Shown: positions 1 to 9,402 of the stretch, piece after piece
Position numbering within the stretch: position 1 is the first letter of the stretch
How the letters are laid out: each line of letters starts with the position of its first letter
Virus record (IMG/VR): IMGVR_UViG_3300020394_000267
Span: 27,070-91,069 of that record
DNA: 64,000 nt
Source: a virus
Reading direction: 5' to 3' (one strand)
Program-made: the position numbers and the translations under genes
Notes under the pieces: model-generated
The model's database searches: none
What the model was told of the DNA's origin: nothing
The model's input: the letters and a program-made list of their open reading frames with translations, nothing else

Positions 1-1935
1 GGTAGAGAGTATGACAAAATATCAAAACAGAAAAAAGAACTAGAAAAACTAGGGTATGAAACTGCCATGATAATGGTTAATACAGACCTAGATACTGCTG
101 TCAGTAGAGACAAACAAAGAACTAGAACATTGGGTGCAGATAAAATCAGTCCAATGTGGCAATCAGTACAAAAAAACATTGGTAGATTTTCAAACCTCTT
201 CAAACAGAATTTTTTCATTGTAGACAATTCAGATGGTGCCGACTATAAAAAAGGTTCGTTGTCTGTATATAGAAGTATTATGTCTTGGTCAAAGAGACCA
301 CCACAACATAGACTTGCCAAGGCGTGGATTAAAGACCAGAAACAACAACGCAATATCAAAGAAGCAGAATTACCACCACATCTCAAGAGACATTTTGACA
401 AGGACGGAAATGTTAAGAAGGGTTCTTGGAAATCTGGTGATTGGAAAGCAGATAAGAAACAACCAAAAGTCAAGTTTACAGTAAAAGATGTGACACCGAA
501 AGGATATGGCCCCAGAGAAGATATAGACAAAATGGACATGGGTGATGTCATTAAAGATTTTTACAAGAGTGATGCACCTCAGTTCAAAGGCAAATCCAAA
601 AAGAAACGCAGAGAGATGGCGATTGCCGCTAAACTTGCTACTGAGTGCAAGGACGAAAAAGATTTCAAACCACATATGATGTATGACCCTAAAACTGGTA
701 AAGGTGTTAAGGCGAATACTTACATGCAACATGTCGCTTTAGATAAGAAGGGGTATGTCCACGAGAAACCAGAAATAAAAGAAGATTTAAGAAAGTGGTT
801 TGGTAAAGGTAAGAAGGGGGATTGGATTCGCGTAGGCACAGATGGTGAAATCAAGGGAGATTGTGCAAGAGAGCCTGGCGAGGGTAAACCAAAGTGTATG
901 CCTAGAGACAAGGCACACAGCATGTCTAAAAAGGACAGGGCGACATCTGCCAGAAGGAAACGCAGAGAAGACCCAGTTGCAGATAGGAAGGGTAAAGGTG
1001 GAAAACCAATTATGGTTAAAACCGATGTGAAGGAAGATGTAAAAATTAGTAGATATGAATGGGGTAGACCAGACGGCACAGAATATATGAAAGCGCTGAC
1101 GCCTGGCGAGCCTGGTAAAACTACTAAAAAGAACAGGTCAAATGGAAATCTCAAACACTACAAGGCAGTATGTGAAGAAGGAGATAAAGAAGAATTAAAA
1201 TCAATAGCATCTGCAACCCACGACCAAATACACAAAGATGTAGATGGGACTCAAGATGACTTTGAGGGAATTATTACCCTTGATACTATTGATAACGATT
1301 GGACTGCGATATTCACAGAACCAGAAATAGAAGCACTTGAACACGAAGTTGATGAATTATCTTTTGAAGATATGATGGGTCTGGGAATGTATGACCAAGA
1401 CGAATTAGAAGATTTTGAGGCATTTGACCAAGATGTAGACTGGCACGATGAAGTACAAATAACTGAAGTTCTATCCATTCAAGGTAGAATGAAAAGACGA
1501 TTTGCTGCTAGAAGAAATAGACAAAAACTTAAAGTTGCTCGAATGAGAGCCGCGAGGAGGGCAGCTGACCCAACTAGGTTGAAGAGGCGTGCTACTCGTG
1601 GTGCGAGGAATATGCTCAAGAACAGGATTGCGAGAGGTAGGGATTTGGGTTCATTGCCACCCGCTGAGAAGGCTCGTATTGAAGGTATGGTTATGAGATT
1701 TTCTGGATTAGTATCTAGGATTGCTCAGAGAATGATACCTATTGTTCGTAAGAACGAAATGAAAAGATTGAAATCTGGTTCAAGACAGAAATCCCAGAAG
1801 GCGAAGAAGTATAATCCAAAGAAAGCATTGGCTTCTGCTTCAAAACAGAAGGGTAAAAAGTTTAAGGCAAGTAAGAAAACATTTGCTAAACCAAAATTAG
1901 CAAGTAAACCAAAGGCGGCGAAGAAAACGAAATGA
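1..1935 (+). CDS. Modular Lys/Glu-rich protein, probable internal head/virion protein (5' partial; N-terminal part resembles the end of a P-loop kinase-like domain)
   Basis: Frame 1 is open from base 1 (GREYDKISKQKKELEKLGYETAMIMVNT...); short modules separated by IKE/VKE/ITE motifs; very basic C-terminus. Confidence 0.6.
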   Translation, partial: GREYDKISKQKKELEKLGYETAMIMVNTDLDTAVSRDKQRTRTLGADKISPMWQSVQKNIGRFSNLFKQNFFIVDNSDGADYKKGSLSVYRSIMSWSKRPPQHRLAKAWIKDQKQQRNIKEAELPPHLKRHFDKDGNVKKGSWKSGDWKADKKQPKVKFTVKDVTPKGYGPREDIDKMDMGDVIKDFYKSDAPQFKGKSKKKRREMAIAAKLATECKDEKDFKPHMMYDPKTGKGVKANTYMQHVALDKKGYVHEKPEIKEDLRKWFGKGKKGDWIRVGTDGEIKGDCAREPGEGKPKCMPRDKAHSMSKKDRATSARRKRREDPVADRKGKGGKPIMVKTDVKEDVKISRYEWGRPDGTEYMKALTPGEPGKTTKKNRSNGNLKHYKAVCEEGDKEELKSIASATHDQIHKDVDGTQDDFEGIITLDTIDNDWTAIFTEPEIEALEHEVDELSFEDMMGLGMYDQDELEDFEAFDQDVDWHDEVQITEVLSIQGRMKRRFAARRNRQKLKVARMRAARRAADPTRLKRRATRGARNMLKNRIARGRDLGSLPPAEKARIEGMVMRFSGLVSRIAQRMIPIVRKNEMKRLKSGSRQKSQKAKKYNPKKALASASKQKGKKFKASKKTFAKPKLASKPKAAKKTK

Positions 1936-2408
1936 TTACATTCAAACAATTATTAGAAAAAAATGTACCGACCAATCCAAAGTTATGGTCTAAATTTAAA
2001 TCACAGGCAAAGGCGAAGTTCGATGTCTATCCTTCAGCATACGCGAATGGATGGGCTGCGAAACAGTACAAGAAAGCTGGTGGTGGATGGAAGACTGTAT
2101 CTGAATCTTTATCTGAAGAGACTGGCGAAGAAATCACTATCATTACAGAAGAGGGTGAAAAGAAGAAAGTCAAATTAGGTAAAGTCCAGAGAGGCGGCAG
2201 TAAGAAATTTTATGTACATGTCAAGAACGATAAAGGCAATGTTGTCAAAGTATCGTTTGGAGACCCGAATATGGAAATCAAACGAGATGACCCAGAACGC
2301 AGAAAGTCATTTCGTGCAAGGCACAATTGCGACAATCCAGGCCCTCGCTGGAAAGCAAGATACTGGAGTTGTAAGCAATGGAGGGCCGGTTCCAAAGTAG
2401 AGGATTAG
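1932..2408 (+). CDS. Two-module basic protein of T4-like phages, probable internal head protein
   Basis: N-terminus MITFKQLLE resembles the T4 capsid-targeting sequence MKTYQEFIAE; modules YPSAYANGW and SFRARHNC...ARYWSC. Confidence 0.6.
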   Translation: MITFKQLLEKNVPTNPKLWSKFKSQAKAKFDVYPSAYANGWAAKQYKKAGGGWKTVSESLSEETGEEITIITEEGEKKKVKLGKVQRGGSKKFYVHVKNDKGNVVKVSFGDPNMEIKRDDPERRKSFRARHNCDNPGPRWKARYWSCKQWRAGSKVED

Positions 2409-2409
2409 T

Positions 2410-2649
2410 ATGATTGAGTGGTTAAAGCGGTTACTTTACGAAGAGTGGGAGATAACAATTTTCTATCCCGCTGAGACAAGAGTATTAGCAGACGGAACCA
2501 GAGTCGAAAGTTTGAAACCAAAAACATATAGGGCAAAAGCTTTGAAGAAGATATCTGAAAAACATTTTAAGTTTGTTGATACAGAGGGTGTACTACATGA
2601 AATAAGAGTAGTAAATCCTGTAGGGTATGACATTAAAAAGGTATACTAA
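2410..2649 (+). CDS. Hypothetical protein
   Basis: 79-aa ORF, GAGG RBS, tightly packed with neighbours. Confidence 0.6.
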   Translation: MIEWLKRLLYEEWEITIFYPAETRVLADGTRVESLKPKTYRAKALKKISEKHFKFVDTEGVLHEIRVVNPVGYDIKKVY

Positions 2650-2858
2650 TGGAAGGTACAGTCTCACACATTACACCAACTATACCCACAGCGAGTTCTA
2701 CTCATTCGTGGAGTGATAAACAAGTTGTTACCAAGGTGTACAACGGTGGTGAGGGACAGGTCATGGTAAAACAAGATATATACAATACTACTATTTACGA
2801 TATGTATGGTAATAAACAGTCTGTGACTACTTCACATACTATAGATTACCTAATTTAA
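2649..2858 (+). CDS. Hypothetical protein
   Basis: 69-aa ORF with TAATG overlap with the upstream gene. Confidence 0.55.
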   Translation: MEGTVSHITPTIPTASSTHSWSDKQVVTKVYNGGEGQVMVKQDIYNTTIYDMYGNKQSVTTSHTIDYLI

Positions 2859-2899
2859 ATTATGTTCATGTGATTGTTGGGCCCCTAGCACTTGAACTT

Positions 2900-2907
2900 T
2901 ATAAATA
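2900..2907 (+). promoter_or_regulatory. T4-type late promoter TATAAATA
   Basis: Exact gp55 consensus in the intergenic space upstream of 2942. Confidence 0.8.
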
Positions 2908-2941
2908 ATACCAATAAACAAATTTATATTGGAGATACCAA

Positions 2942-5176
2942 ATGTCCAGCAGATTAGACAGAATAATTAGGGAAGTCCTTACAGAAGGGCAAAGTACCCT
3001 ATTAGAAGCGGACTTGACAAGGAGACTTGACATGCTCGTGAGACAGGGATTAATGCCTGCCTCTCAATTACCTATACTAAAACGCGGTTTAGAGAAATTC
3101 AACCAAGGTAAAGTGCCTGCACCGAATGAAAGAAACGCGGTTAATACACTACTAAACGGTATGATGTTCATCGTATTAGGTGACGATACTGTATTCAATA
3201 GAGCAAGAACTTCTGTACAAAAGAACAGATATCAGACAGAAGAATTTGATGACCTTGAAGAGAAGATGACTGTGGATATTGACCATAGTGGTGAGAAGGA
3301 CGATGCTGCTAAAAAACATGGTATCACATTAAAAAGAACTGGTTCTACTACAGTCAATGCTACAGGGTCACGCAAGAACCTCAAAAAATATCTAACGCAC
3401 CATCATGGCGGAGACAAGAAAGATGCCGCTGATGTACACAAGAGTGTATTCAAAGAAGAACAAGTCGCAATGAGGATGGCGATTGAAGAAGATAAAGATT
3501 GGCCTAGACCTTTTACAAAAGCTGAAAGGTCAGAATTTATGCGTCCCAAAGAAAAGTCTGCTGAAGAAACCAAAGCGATAAAAGACCGCATGAAGGCAAA
3601 GAATAAATCAAGACCTAAAGGTGTACAAGAAAGCGAAGAATTAGATGAAATATCTGATAAGATGAAACTCAATTACATTAAGAAAGCTAACAAAGAAATC
3701 ACAAAGTCGGAAAAAGAGAGAGATGAGATTCAGAAGAGCGATAAGCCAGGTCATGACCAGTCATATAAAAGCATTATGGATTTAAAACATAAATCTGATG
3801 CAGATAAAAGAAGAAAGGGTGTTAGACAAGCTAGAAGTACATTGCAAAAAGAAGAACAACTAGACGAGTATGGTGCAATGTCAAGTGATAAGGCATCACA
3901 CGATACTGGTGGATTCAGAATTTCAAATAAAGACGCCTCTGCTGCTAAAGAAAGAGCAAAGAAAAAGAGTGCAGAGAAACGCGACAAGTTATCAAATATA
4001 ATCAAAAAGAACACCATCCAGAAAGGGCCTATGAAAGGTTACATGACGGATGAAGTTAATCAAGGGGAAGAAAAAATGGATATTGATTGGACAAAAAATC
4101 CTTTCGCTCAAGCAAAAGCCATGGCTGAAGGAAAATTTAAAGACATGGCTACTAGGCAGTCCGAAGAGGAAAGACTCAAGGCAGAGAAAAAAGCTAAGAG
4201 ACTTTCTGATAAAAAGAGTAAAGAAGAAAAAGAGACTGACCCAGGCTTAGACGAGGGTGTTGCTAAAAATACTCTTGATATCTATCAGGCACACGCGGAT
4301 AAGAAAAAGAAAGATAGTCTCAAAGTGGGTCAGAAGGCACCCGATGGGGCGTCAAAAGCCAATGAACGCCAGTTGAGTTCAATCGCAAAACAAATGAACA
4401 AGGCAGTTGATAAAGCAAACGCTAAACTCAAGGAAGAACTAGAAGGACTACCAGAGTTAGATGCGATGGACTATGAGATGTGGGAAGCATATCAGTCCCC
4501 TACAAAGAACAACTACACCGACAAGGAACTTAGACAGGCGAAAGGTATCGCATTTGATAAGAGATACAAAGGTGGTAACATGACAGGTGCTGCTAAGGCA
4601 ATGGAGAAAATCAAGAAAGGTTTATCCGACCATCCTGTTGCTTCTAAAGCATTAAGAAAAGCAAACGAAGAGAACATGAAAGATGAGTGGTTAGACTTGT
4701 TTGATGGTGTAGAAGATTTCAATCAAATTATTGAGATGTCTTATAAAGAAAAGTTTAATTCTATGTTGAAGAAGACAGGTAAAACTCTTGCTGGTATGTC
4801 ACCAGAAGAGAAGAAGAAATTCTTTAACAAAGTAGATGGCGCTCACGATGCAGTAAACGAAAACAAAGCATTTAGAGATGCTGCTAGGGATTACGCGAAA
4901 GATGATAAGAAAGGACTTGCACCTACTAAGAAGGATGCACCTAAAGTATCAGACGCGAAGAACGCCAAAGAAATCGAACATATCGTACCTCAAATGAGGA
5001 AAGCTATTTCAGTAGGTAAGAAAGTGCAATTTAAAGATGGGAAACATCACACAGTTTCCAAGGCACACGCCGCTAAATTCTTGAATAAATACATGAGTGG
5101 CAAACCCGCTGATAAAGAAAAAATGCAATCGCATGCCCACGCAAGTCATAAGAACTTCATGGATCATGCAAAATAG
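2942..5176 (+). CDS. Large Lys/Glu-rich modular protein, probable internal head protein
   Basis: 744 aa; repeated LDE/LEE/VNE motifs; late promoter and GGAG RBS upstream. Confidence 0.6.
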   Translation: MSSRLDRIIREVLTEGQSTLLEADLTRRLDMLVRQGLMPASQLPILKRGLEKFNQGKVPAPNERNAVNTLLNGMMFIVLGDDTVFNRARTSVQKNRYQTEEFDDLEEKMTVDIDHSGEKDDAAKKHGITLKRTGSTTVNATGSRKNLKKYLTHHHGGDKKDAADVHKSVFKEEQVAMRMAIEEDKDWPRPFTKAERSEFMRPKEKSAEETKAIKDRMKAKNKSRPKGVQESEELDEISDKMKLNYIKKANKEITKSEKERDEIQKSDKPGHDQSYKSIMDLKHKSDADKRRKGVRQARSTLQKEEQLDEYGAMSSDKASHDTGGFRISNKDASAAKERAKKKSAEKRDKLSNIIKKNTIQKGPMKGYMTDEVNQGEEKMDIDWTKNPFAQAKAMAEGKFKDMATRQSEEERLKAEKKAKRLSDKKSKEEKETDPGLDEGVAKNTLDIYQAHADKKKKDSLKVGQKAPDGASKANERQLSSIAKQMNKAVDKANAKLKEELEGLPELDAMDYEMWEAYQSPTKNNYTDKELRQAKGIAFDKRYKGGNMTGAAKAMEKIKKGLSDHPVASKALRKANEENMKDEWLDLFDGVEDFNQIIEMSYKEKFNSMLKKTGKTLAGMSPEEKKKFFNKVDGAHDAVNENKAFRDAARDYAKDDKKGLAPTKKDAPKVSDAKNAKEIEHIVPQMRKAISVGKKVQFKDGKHHTVSKAHAAKFLNKYMSGKPADKEKMQSHAHASHKNFMDHAK

Positions 5177-5209
5177 TTTTAATAACCAAAAACACATAGG
5201 AGAGAAAAA

Positions 5210-5800
5210 ATGAGTGGATGGGGAGCAACTGATTCAGACGAATCAAAACCAAAGTGGTTAACAGCAGACCAAAAAGAAGATGTCTTTGCTAACTCTAGTG
5301 GTTGGGTTGTAAAAGCTGGGTCAACTATGACAGGAAATGGCAATACAAGTGCCACTCCAGAAGTTTTAGTTGCACTTGGTTCACTTGCGACTTCACTAGG
5401 ACAAGCAACTATTGATGCTGTAGATTGGGAAAGCACAGCTTTTGATGTATCCGATGGTGGAACACTTAAAATTAATGTTCACTATAATGAGGAAATCACA
5501 GTCGCTGGTGCTTCACCTCTAATGTATGTAGCGAACAACCAAGCAGGTGGCGGTTCAGCATCTAGTGTTACATTAACAATGGATGGAAGTTTACCGTTTA
5601 CTGGTGAAAAACTTACATTTAGTGCTACGATAGGTGCTGGTGGCTCAACAATTGTTGCAGACGATGTACTTTCATTCGCAGCTCAATCGATTGACCTCAA
5701 CGGTTCTACAATGGTAGACGCAATCGGTGGTGGAAATGCGGAGAGAGCAATCTCATCTGCACAAGCAACCGCTGGTGGAACACTAACCGCAACTGCATAA
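5210..5800 (+). CDS. Virion structural protein (Ala/Gly/Thr/Ser-rich, possibly Ig-like)
   Basis: MSGWG..D..KPKWL N-terminus typical of marine T4-like virion proteins; AGGAG RBS. Confidence 0.6.
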   Translation: MSGWGATDSDESKPKWLTADQKEDVFANSSGWVVKAGSTMTGNGNTSATPEVLVALGSLATSLGQATIDAVDWESTAFDVSDGGTLKINVHYNEEITVAGASPLMYVANNQAGGGSASSVTLTMDGSLPFTGEKLTFSATIGAGGSTIVADDVLSFAAQSIDLNGSTMVDAIGGGNAERAISSAQATAGGTLTATA

Positions 5801-5811
5801 GGAGATAAAGC

Positions 5812-5862
5812 ATGTGTAAATGTTGCAAGTGTTGTACATGTACATGCCCAGAGTGTAACTAA
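5812..5862 (+). CDS. Cys-rich 16-aa micropeptide MCKCCKCCTCTCPECN
   Basis: AAGGAG RBS at 5799-5804; fills the intergenic gap; its stop TAA overlaps the next ATG (TAATG); 8 of 16 residues are Cys. Confidence 0.7.
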   Translation: MCKCCKCCTCTCPECN

Positions 5863-6308
5863 TGGCTGATAGTAAACTTTCAGAATTAACGGCTGCTACA
5901 TCTGTAGCAGCCGCAGATACCTTTTATCTAGTACAAAGTTCTACTAGTAAAGGTGTGACAGCTGCAAATCTATTCGCTGATGTGGCGACACCTGTATCTT
6001 TTTCAGATAAGGTATCAATCGCAGACGCGGATACAGTAACAGGGCCAGGCGTAGTCTCAGTCGCAACGAATGTGACTAGACTTACCAATCCAGGCACAGG
6101 TGGTACACTAACCATTGGTGCTGGTACAGAAGGTCAATTGAAAATTATTGTTATGGATGGCAATTCTAGTGCGGTAACACTGACACTAGACGATTCAGAC
6201 TTAGGTCATGATACCATTACATTCAATAATGCTGGTGATACGGCAACCCTCATATATACTAATAGTAAATGGTGGATGATAGGGGGAACTGCTACAGTCG
6301 CCAATTAG
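5862..6308 (+). CDS. Virion structural / fibre-associated protein
   Basis: MADSKLSELTAAT N-terminus as in tail-fibre proteins; beta-rich C-terminus (..LIYTNSKWWMIG). Confidence 0.6.
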   Translation: MADSKLSELTAATSVAAADTFYLVQSSTSKGVTAANLFADVATPVSFSDKVSIADADTVTGPGVVSVATNVTRLTNPGTGGTLTIGAGTEGQLKIIVMDGNSSAVTLTLDDSDLGHDTITFNNAGDTATLIYTNSKWWMIGGTATVAN

Positions 6309-6328
6309 ATAATAAAAAGATTTTATGA

Positions 6329-6706
6329 ATGATTGAATTGAATGAAGAGAATTATTTAGTATACGCATTGAAAAATTATAATAGTCCAGAGTGTTCTGGA
6401 ATGGATGATTTTGAAGAGGATGTAAAACGGTTCAAGTACTTGAAGAGACTTTTCCGTAGGTATGAAAGAACAGAAGTCTTGAATGACCGACTCATCTTAA
6501 ATCATCTTATCGTATTATACAATGTTTTTGACAAGGCTGCAACGCCTTTGTTGTTCTATAAGATAGACAAAGAACATTGGTCTATACTAAAAACTTTTTT
6601 GGTATTCTTGAACAGGATGCCAATGGAACAAATAATCACTGGTGGTGTTAGGGGAGATGATATCCAACTAGACATGAAAGTGATTCAGATTTTAAGGAAA
6701 ATTTAA
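6329..6706 (+). CDS. Conserved T4-like hypothetical protein
   Basis: YALKNY..P.C....FEEDVKRFKYLKRL..RLILNHLIVLYNVF pattern; sits upstream of primase. Confidence 0.7.
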   Translation: MIELNEENYLVYALKNYNSPECSGMDDFEEDVKRFKYLKRLFRRYERTEVLNDRLILNHLIVLYNVFDKAATPLLFYKIDKEHWSILKTFLVFLNRMPMEQIITGGVRGDDIQLDMKVIQILRKI

Positions 6707-7258
6707 ATGTCCAGAGTTGTTGACAGTTTAATCGCATACAGGATACTGAGGATGTTCGCACAGCCTATTAAGAAACATCCAGCGTATCAGATGGGAATTG
6801 TCGATGCAGACGGTAACAAGATAAAAGAACCATCTGGTTCTCAAGAATTGGATGCCTACACATTACTGGACAAACTCGCTTTTAAAATTAAGCGAGCATT
6901 AATGAAGTCGCCTGACAGAACTGCGAAACGACTTCTCACATTTGCGGCCGCTATTGCACTTCTACGCGAATCGAAAGATAATGTAGAAGAGATGGAAGAT
7001 GGTGAATTTGAGGCATTGCTTGATTTATATTCAGAGGATGAAAATGTAATCAAAGAATCAAAAATGCTCGAAATGGGGAGAACTCCGTTCACCTATTTTG
7101 CTTTGGATGAGGAGATTGCAAATGTAGCAGGCCCGATGGGTGGTGGCGCAATTGCTGGAATAGGAACTGGGGCGCAAGGCGAGCCAGGCAGAAATCCTAG
7201 TCTCATGCCTCTTCAAAGAAGGAAGAAAAAGAGGCAAGTAAATGGCAAATCAAACTAA
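6707..7258 (+). CDS. Conserved T4-like hypothetical protein (gp61.1-like)
   Basis: VD.LIAYRILR...AYQMGIVDADG motif; near primase. Confidence 0.55.
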   Translation: MSRVVDSLIAYRILRMFAQPIKKHPAYQMGIVDADGNKIKEPSGSQELDAYTLLDKLAFKIKRALMKSPDRTAKRLLTFAAAIALLRESKDNVEEMEDGEFEALLDLYSEDENVIKESKMLEMGRTPFTYFALDEEIANVAGPMGGGAIAGIGTGAQGEPGRNPSLMPLQRRKKKRQVNGKSN

Positions 7259-7694
7259 TTTAGACACAAAAATAGCTCTTATGGAGAACGATATCAGACA
7301 GATGGGGGGACTGTTTGATAGACTTGATGTATCCATAGAAAAGATTACAGAGTTAAATACCTCGATTAAGGAGGTTCTTGCGGTGCATGAACAAAGAATT
7401 ACTGCCGCTGAGGTAGACTTAGAAAGAACATATGATACTTTTGAAGAGAAGTATGAACAATTACATTCGCGTATATCTACCACTAACAGGGAATTATCAA
7501 AAGAACTGAAAGATAATACCGCCGCTGTACAAGACACTTTAAAGGAACTAACTGCTCAAATAACTGAGCACGCGAATCACCATGACGATAGAATAAGGGC
7601 CCTCGAAAAAAGACAGTGGATGATGATGGGTGCTGCCGCTATTTTAGGATTCTTAATAGGAAATGCAGAAGCTTTATCGCTAATTTTCTCTTGA
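7242..7694 (+). CDS. Coiled-coil protein with C-terminal transmembrane helix
   Basis: Heptad pattern; RIRALEKRQW followed by a hydrophobic tail. Confidence 0.65.
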   Translation: MANQTNLDTKIALMENDIRQMGGLFDRLDVSIEKITELNTSIKEVLAVHEQRITAAEVDLERTYDTFEEKYEQLHSRISTTNRELSKELKDNTAAVQDTLKELTAQITEHANHHDDRIRALEKRQWMMMGAAAILGFLIGNAEALSLIFS

Positions 7695-7719
7695 CATTTG
7701 CTCTTAAATATGAGATCAT
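7691..7719 (+). promoter_or_regulatory. Sigma70-type early promoter TTGACA-N17-GATCAT with extended TG
   Basis: TTGACA 7691-7696, GATCAT 7714-7719; same design at 25948, 29928 and 31876. Confidence 0.75.
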
Positions 7720-7751
7720 GATCTCGTGAATAAGAGAATAAGGAGAATAAT

Positions 7752-7946
7752 ATGAGTCATTGGGTAAACGATAGAATAGCTGACGATGCGATAGATACTG
7801 TCGCTAATATGTCAGATAATGATGTCAAGAAAAATTTATTTAACAGAGGGAAGAGAGTTCTTCCTAAAGATATGGATGCTAAAAGAGACATCTTAATAGA
7901 CCTAGTTTTTGATGACCTAATGTCAAGACCAGGCCCCCACGGTTAA
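7752..7946 (+). CDS. Hypothetical early protein
   Basis: AAGGAG RBS, own promoter, 64 aa. Confidence 0.7.
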   Translation: MSHWVNDRIADDAIDTVANMSDNDVKKNLFNRGKRVLPKDMDAKRDILIDLVFDDLMSRPGPHG

Positions 7947-7965
7947 AAAAATTTAAAGAATTCGC

Positions 7966-7994
7966 TTGACTTTTAATGCACTTATGTGTATAAT
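7966..7994 (+). promoter_or_regulatory. Sigma70 promoter TTGACT-N17-TATAAT (probably a leaderless primase mRNA)
   Basis: -10 box ends 7 nt before the ATG at 8002; no RBS in between. Confidence 0.75.
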
Positions 7995-8001
7995 GTGACC
8001 T

Positions 8002-9045
8002 ATGCTTTATGTAGATGTGAAATATATCAACTTGATATCTCATCATTTTGAGAAATTCAAGAAGAAGAATGATTATCTTTGGAATGTAAGATGCCCGTTC
8101 TGTGGCGACTCGCGTAAAAATCTCAATAAAATGCGTGGGTACTTTTTCCGTAAAGACAATAACATGATATACAAATGCCACAACTGTGGTTTTGGTGCTA
8201 GCATGAATACAGTTCTCAAGGAACTCGCACCCACTACTCATAAAGAATATTGTCTTGAAAAGTTTGGTGAGAATGAGAACAAAAATTGGGAACCAAAGGG
8301 TGCAAACTGGACTCCAAACGGACATAAATTGTTCGATGATAAACCAGTAGAACCGCCTAAGTTCACACCAAAATTTAGTTTATTTGATAAACTTGTGGAT
8401 AGATTGGATACTCTTCCATACGACCACGAGGCAGTTCAATATGTGCAAAGTAGAAATATCCCAAATGATAAATGGGATCGACTTTACTATATTGACAACA
8501 TAAAAAATATAGTCCAACTCAATGACAAATACACGGAATCAATAGTTACTGAAGAACCCAGATTGGTTATCCCCTTCTTTGACCAAAATGGGCAATTGAT
8601 GTCGGTGTCTTTGAGGGCTATGAGGGGGGAAACACTAAGGTATATTCTTGTAAAAGTTAAAGAGGATGCACCTACAGTGTTCGGTTTAGACAAGGTTGAT
8701 ATGTCTAAACCTATATCTGTTGTTGAAGGCCCGATAGACAGTCTGTTTTTAGAAAACAGTATTGCCTGTTCTGGTACTGCCTTCAACAAGATTGAAGAAT
8801 TGGGTATAGACCGTGATAAGATTACAATCATATTCGACAATCAACCGCGTAACAAAGAAGTTGTAAAGCTGGTTGAGAAGTATGTCGAGATGGATTATAA
8901 TGTTGTCATATGGCCTAGTCCATTGACTCAGAAAGATATAAATGATATGGTGAACGATGGTATTGATGTGAGCGATGTTATTACTTGTAATACACATAGT
9001 GGACTGAGTGCCAAGTTTTTGTTAAATCAATGGAAAAAATGTTAG
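8002..9045 (+). CDS. gp61: DNA primase (T4 gp61-like)
   Basis: Zn ribbon RCPFCGDS...YKCHNCG; TOPRIM motifs VVEGPIDSLF, FDNQPRN, KDINDM. Confidence 0.95.
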   Translation: MLYVDVKYINLISHHFEKFKKKNDYLWNVRCPFCGDSRKNLNKMRGYFFRKDNNMIYKCHNCGFGASMNTVLKELAPTTHKEYCLEKFGENENKNWEPKGANWTPNGHKLFDDKPVEPPKFTPKFSLFDKLVDRLDTLPYDHEAVQYVQSRNIPNDKWDRLYYIDNIKNIVQLNDKYTESIVTEEPRLVIPFFDQNGQLMSVSLRAMRGETLRYILVKVKEDAPTVFGLDKVDMSKPISVVEGPIDSLFLENSIACSGTAFNKIEELGIDRDKITIIFDNQPRNKEVVKLVEKYVEMDYNVVIWPSPLTQKDINDMVNDGIDVSDVITCNTHSGLSAKFLLNQWKKC

Positions 9046-9054
9046 GAGCAAACT

Positions 9055-9399
9055 ATGGAAAATCAATTAAGTCAAACTGAAGGACTAATAGTTCTAGGTG
9101 TACTAGTTGTGCTTGCTATTGTTGCTGGTTTTTTCTCTAAGAAAAAAGATGTAGAAGAAAAATTTGATGTGAAGAAAATTGTCGAAGAAGATGCGAAATC
9201 TTTGAAAGGCGATGTTGAAACTTTGAATCAAAAAGGTATTTCTATAAATGTTGAGAATTTGCAAAAATTAACTAAGCAAAAACTCGATGAACTTGGAGAG
9301 TCTAAAGGTATTAAACTTGACCGCAGAAAAACCAAAGCAAACATGATTGCAGACCTCGTGTCAGCAGTCGAAGGCAAAGACCACAAACTAGGAAAATAA
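9055..9399 (+). CDS. Membrane-anchored hypothetical protein
   Basis: N-terminal TM helix; C-terminal LTKQKL...GIKLDRRKTKANMI small helical module. Confidence 0.65.
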   Translation: MENQLSQTEGLIVLGVLVVLAIVAGFFSKKKDVEEKFDVKKIVEEDAKSLKGDVETLNQKGISINVENLQKLTKQKLDELGESKGIKLDRRKTKANMIADLVSAVEGKDHKLGK

Positions 9400-9402
9400 T
9401 GT

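Noticed and set aside
2864-2897. Imperfect hairpin GTTCATGTG...CACTTGAAC as a terminator or RNA motif
   Set aside because: Weak stem and short U-tract; not enough support
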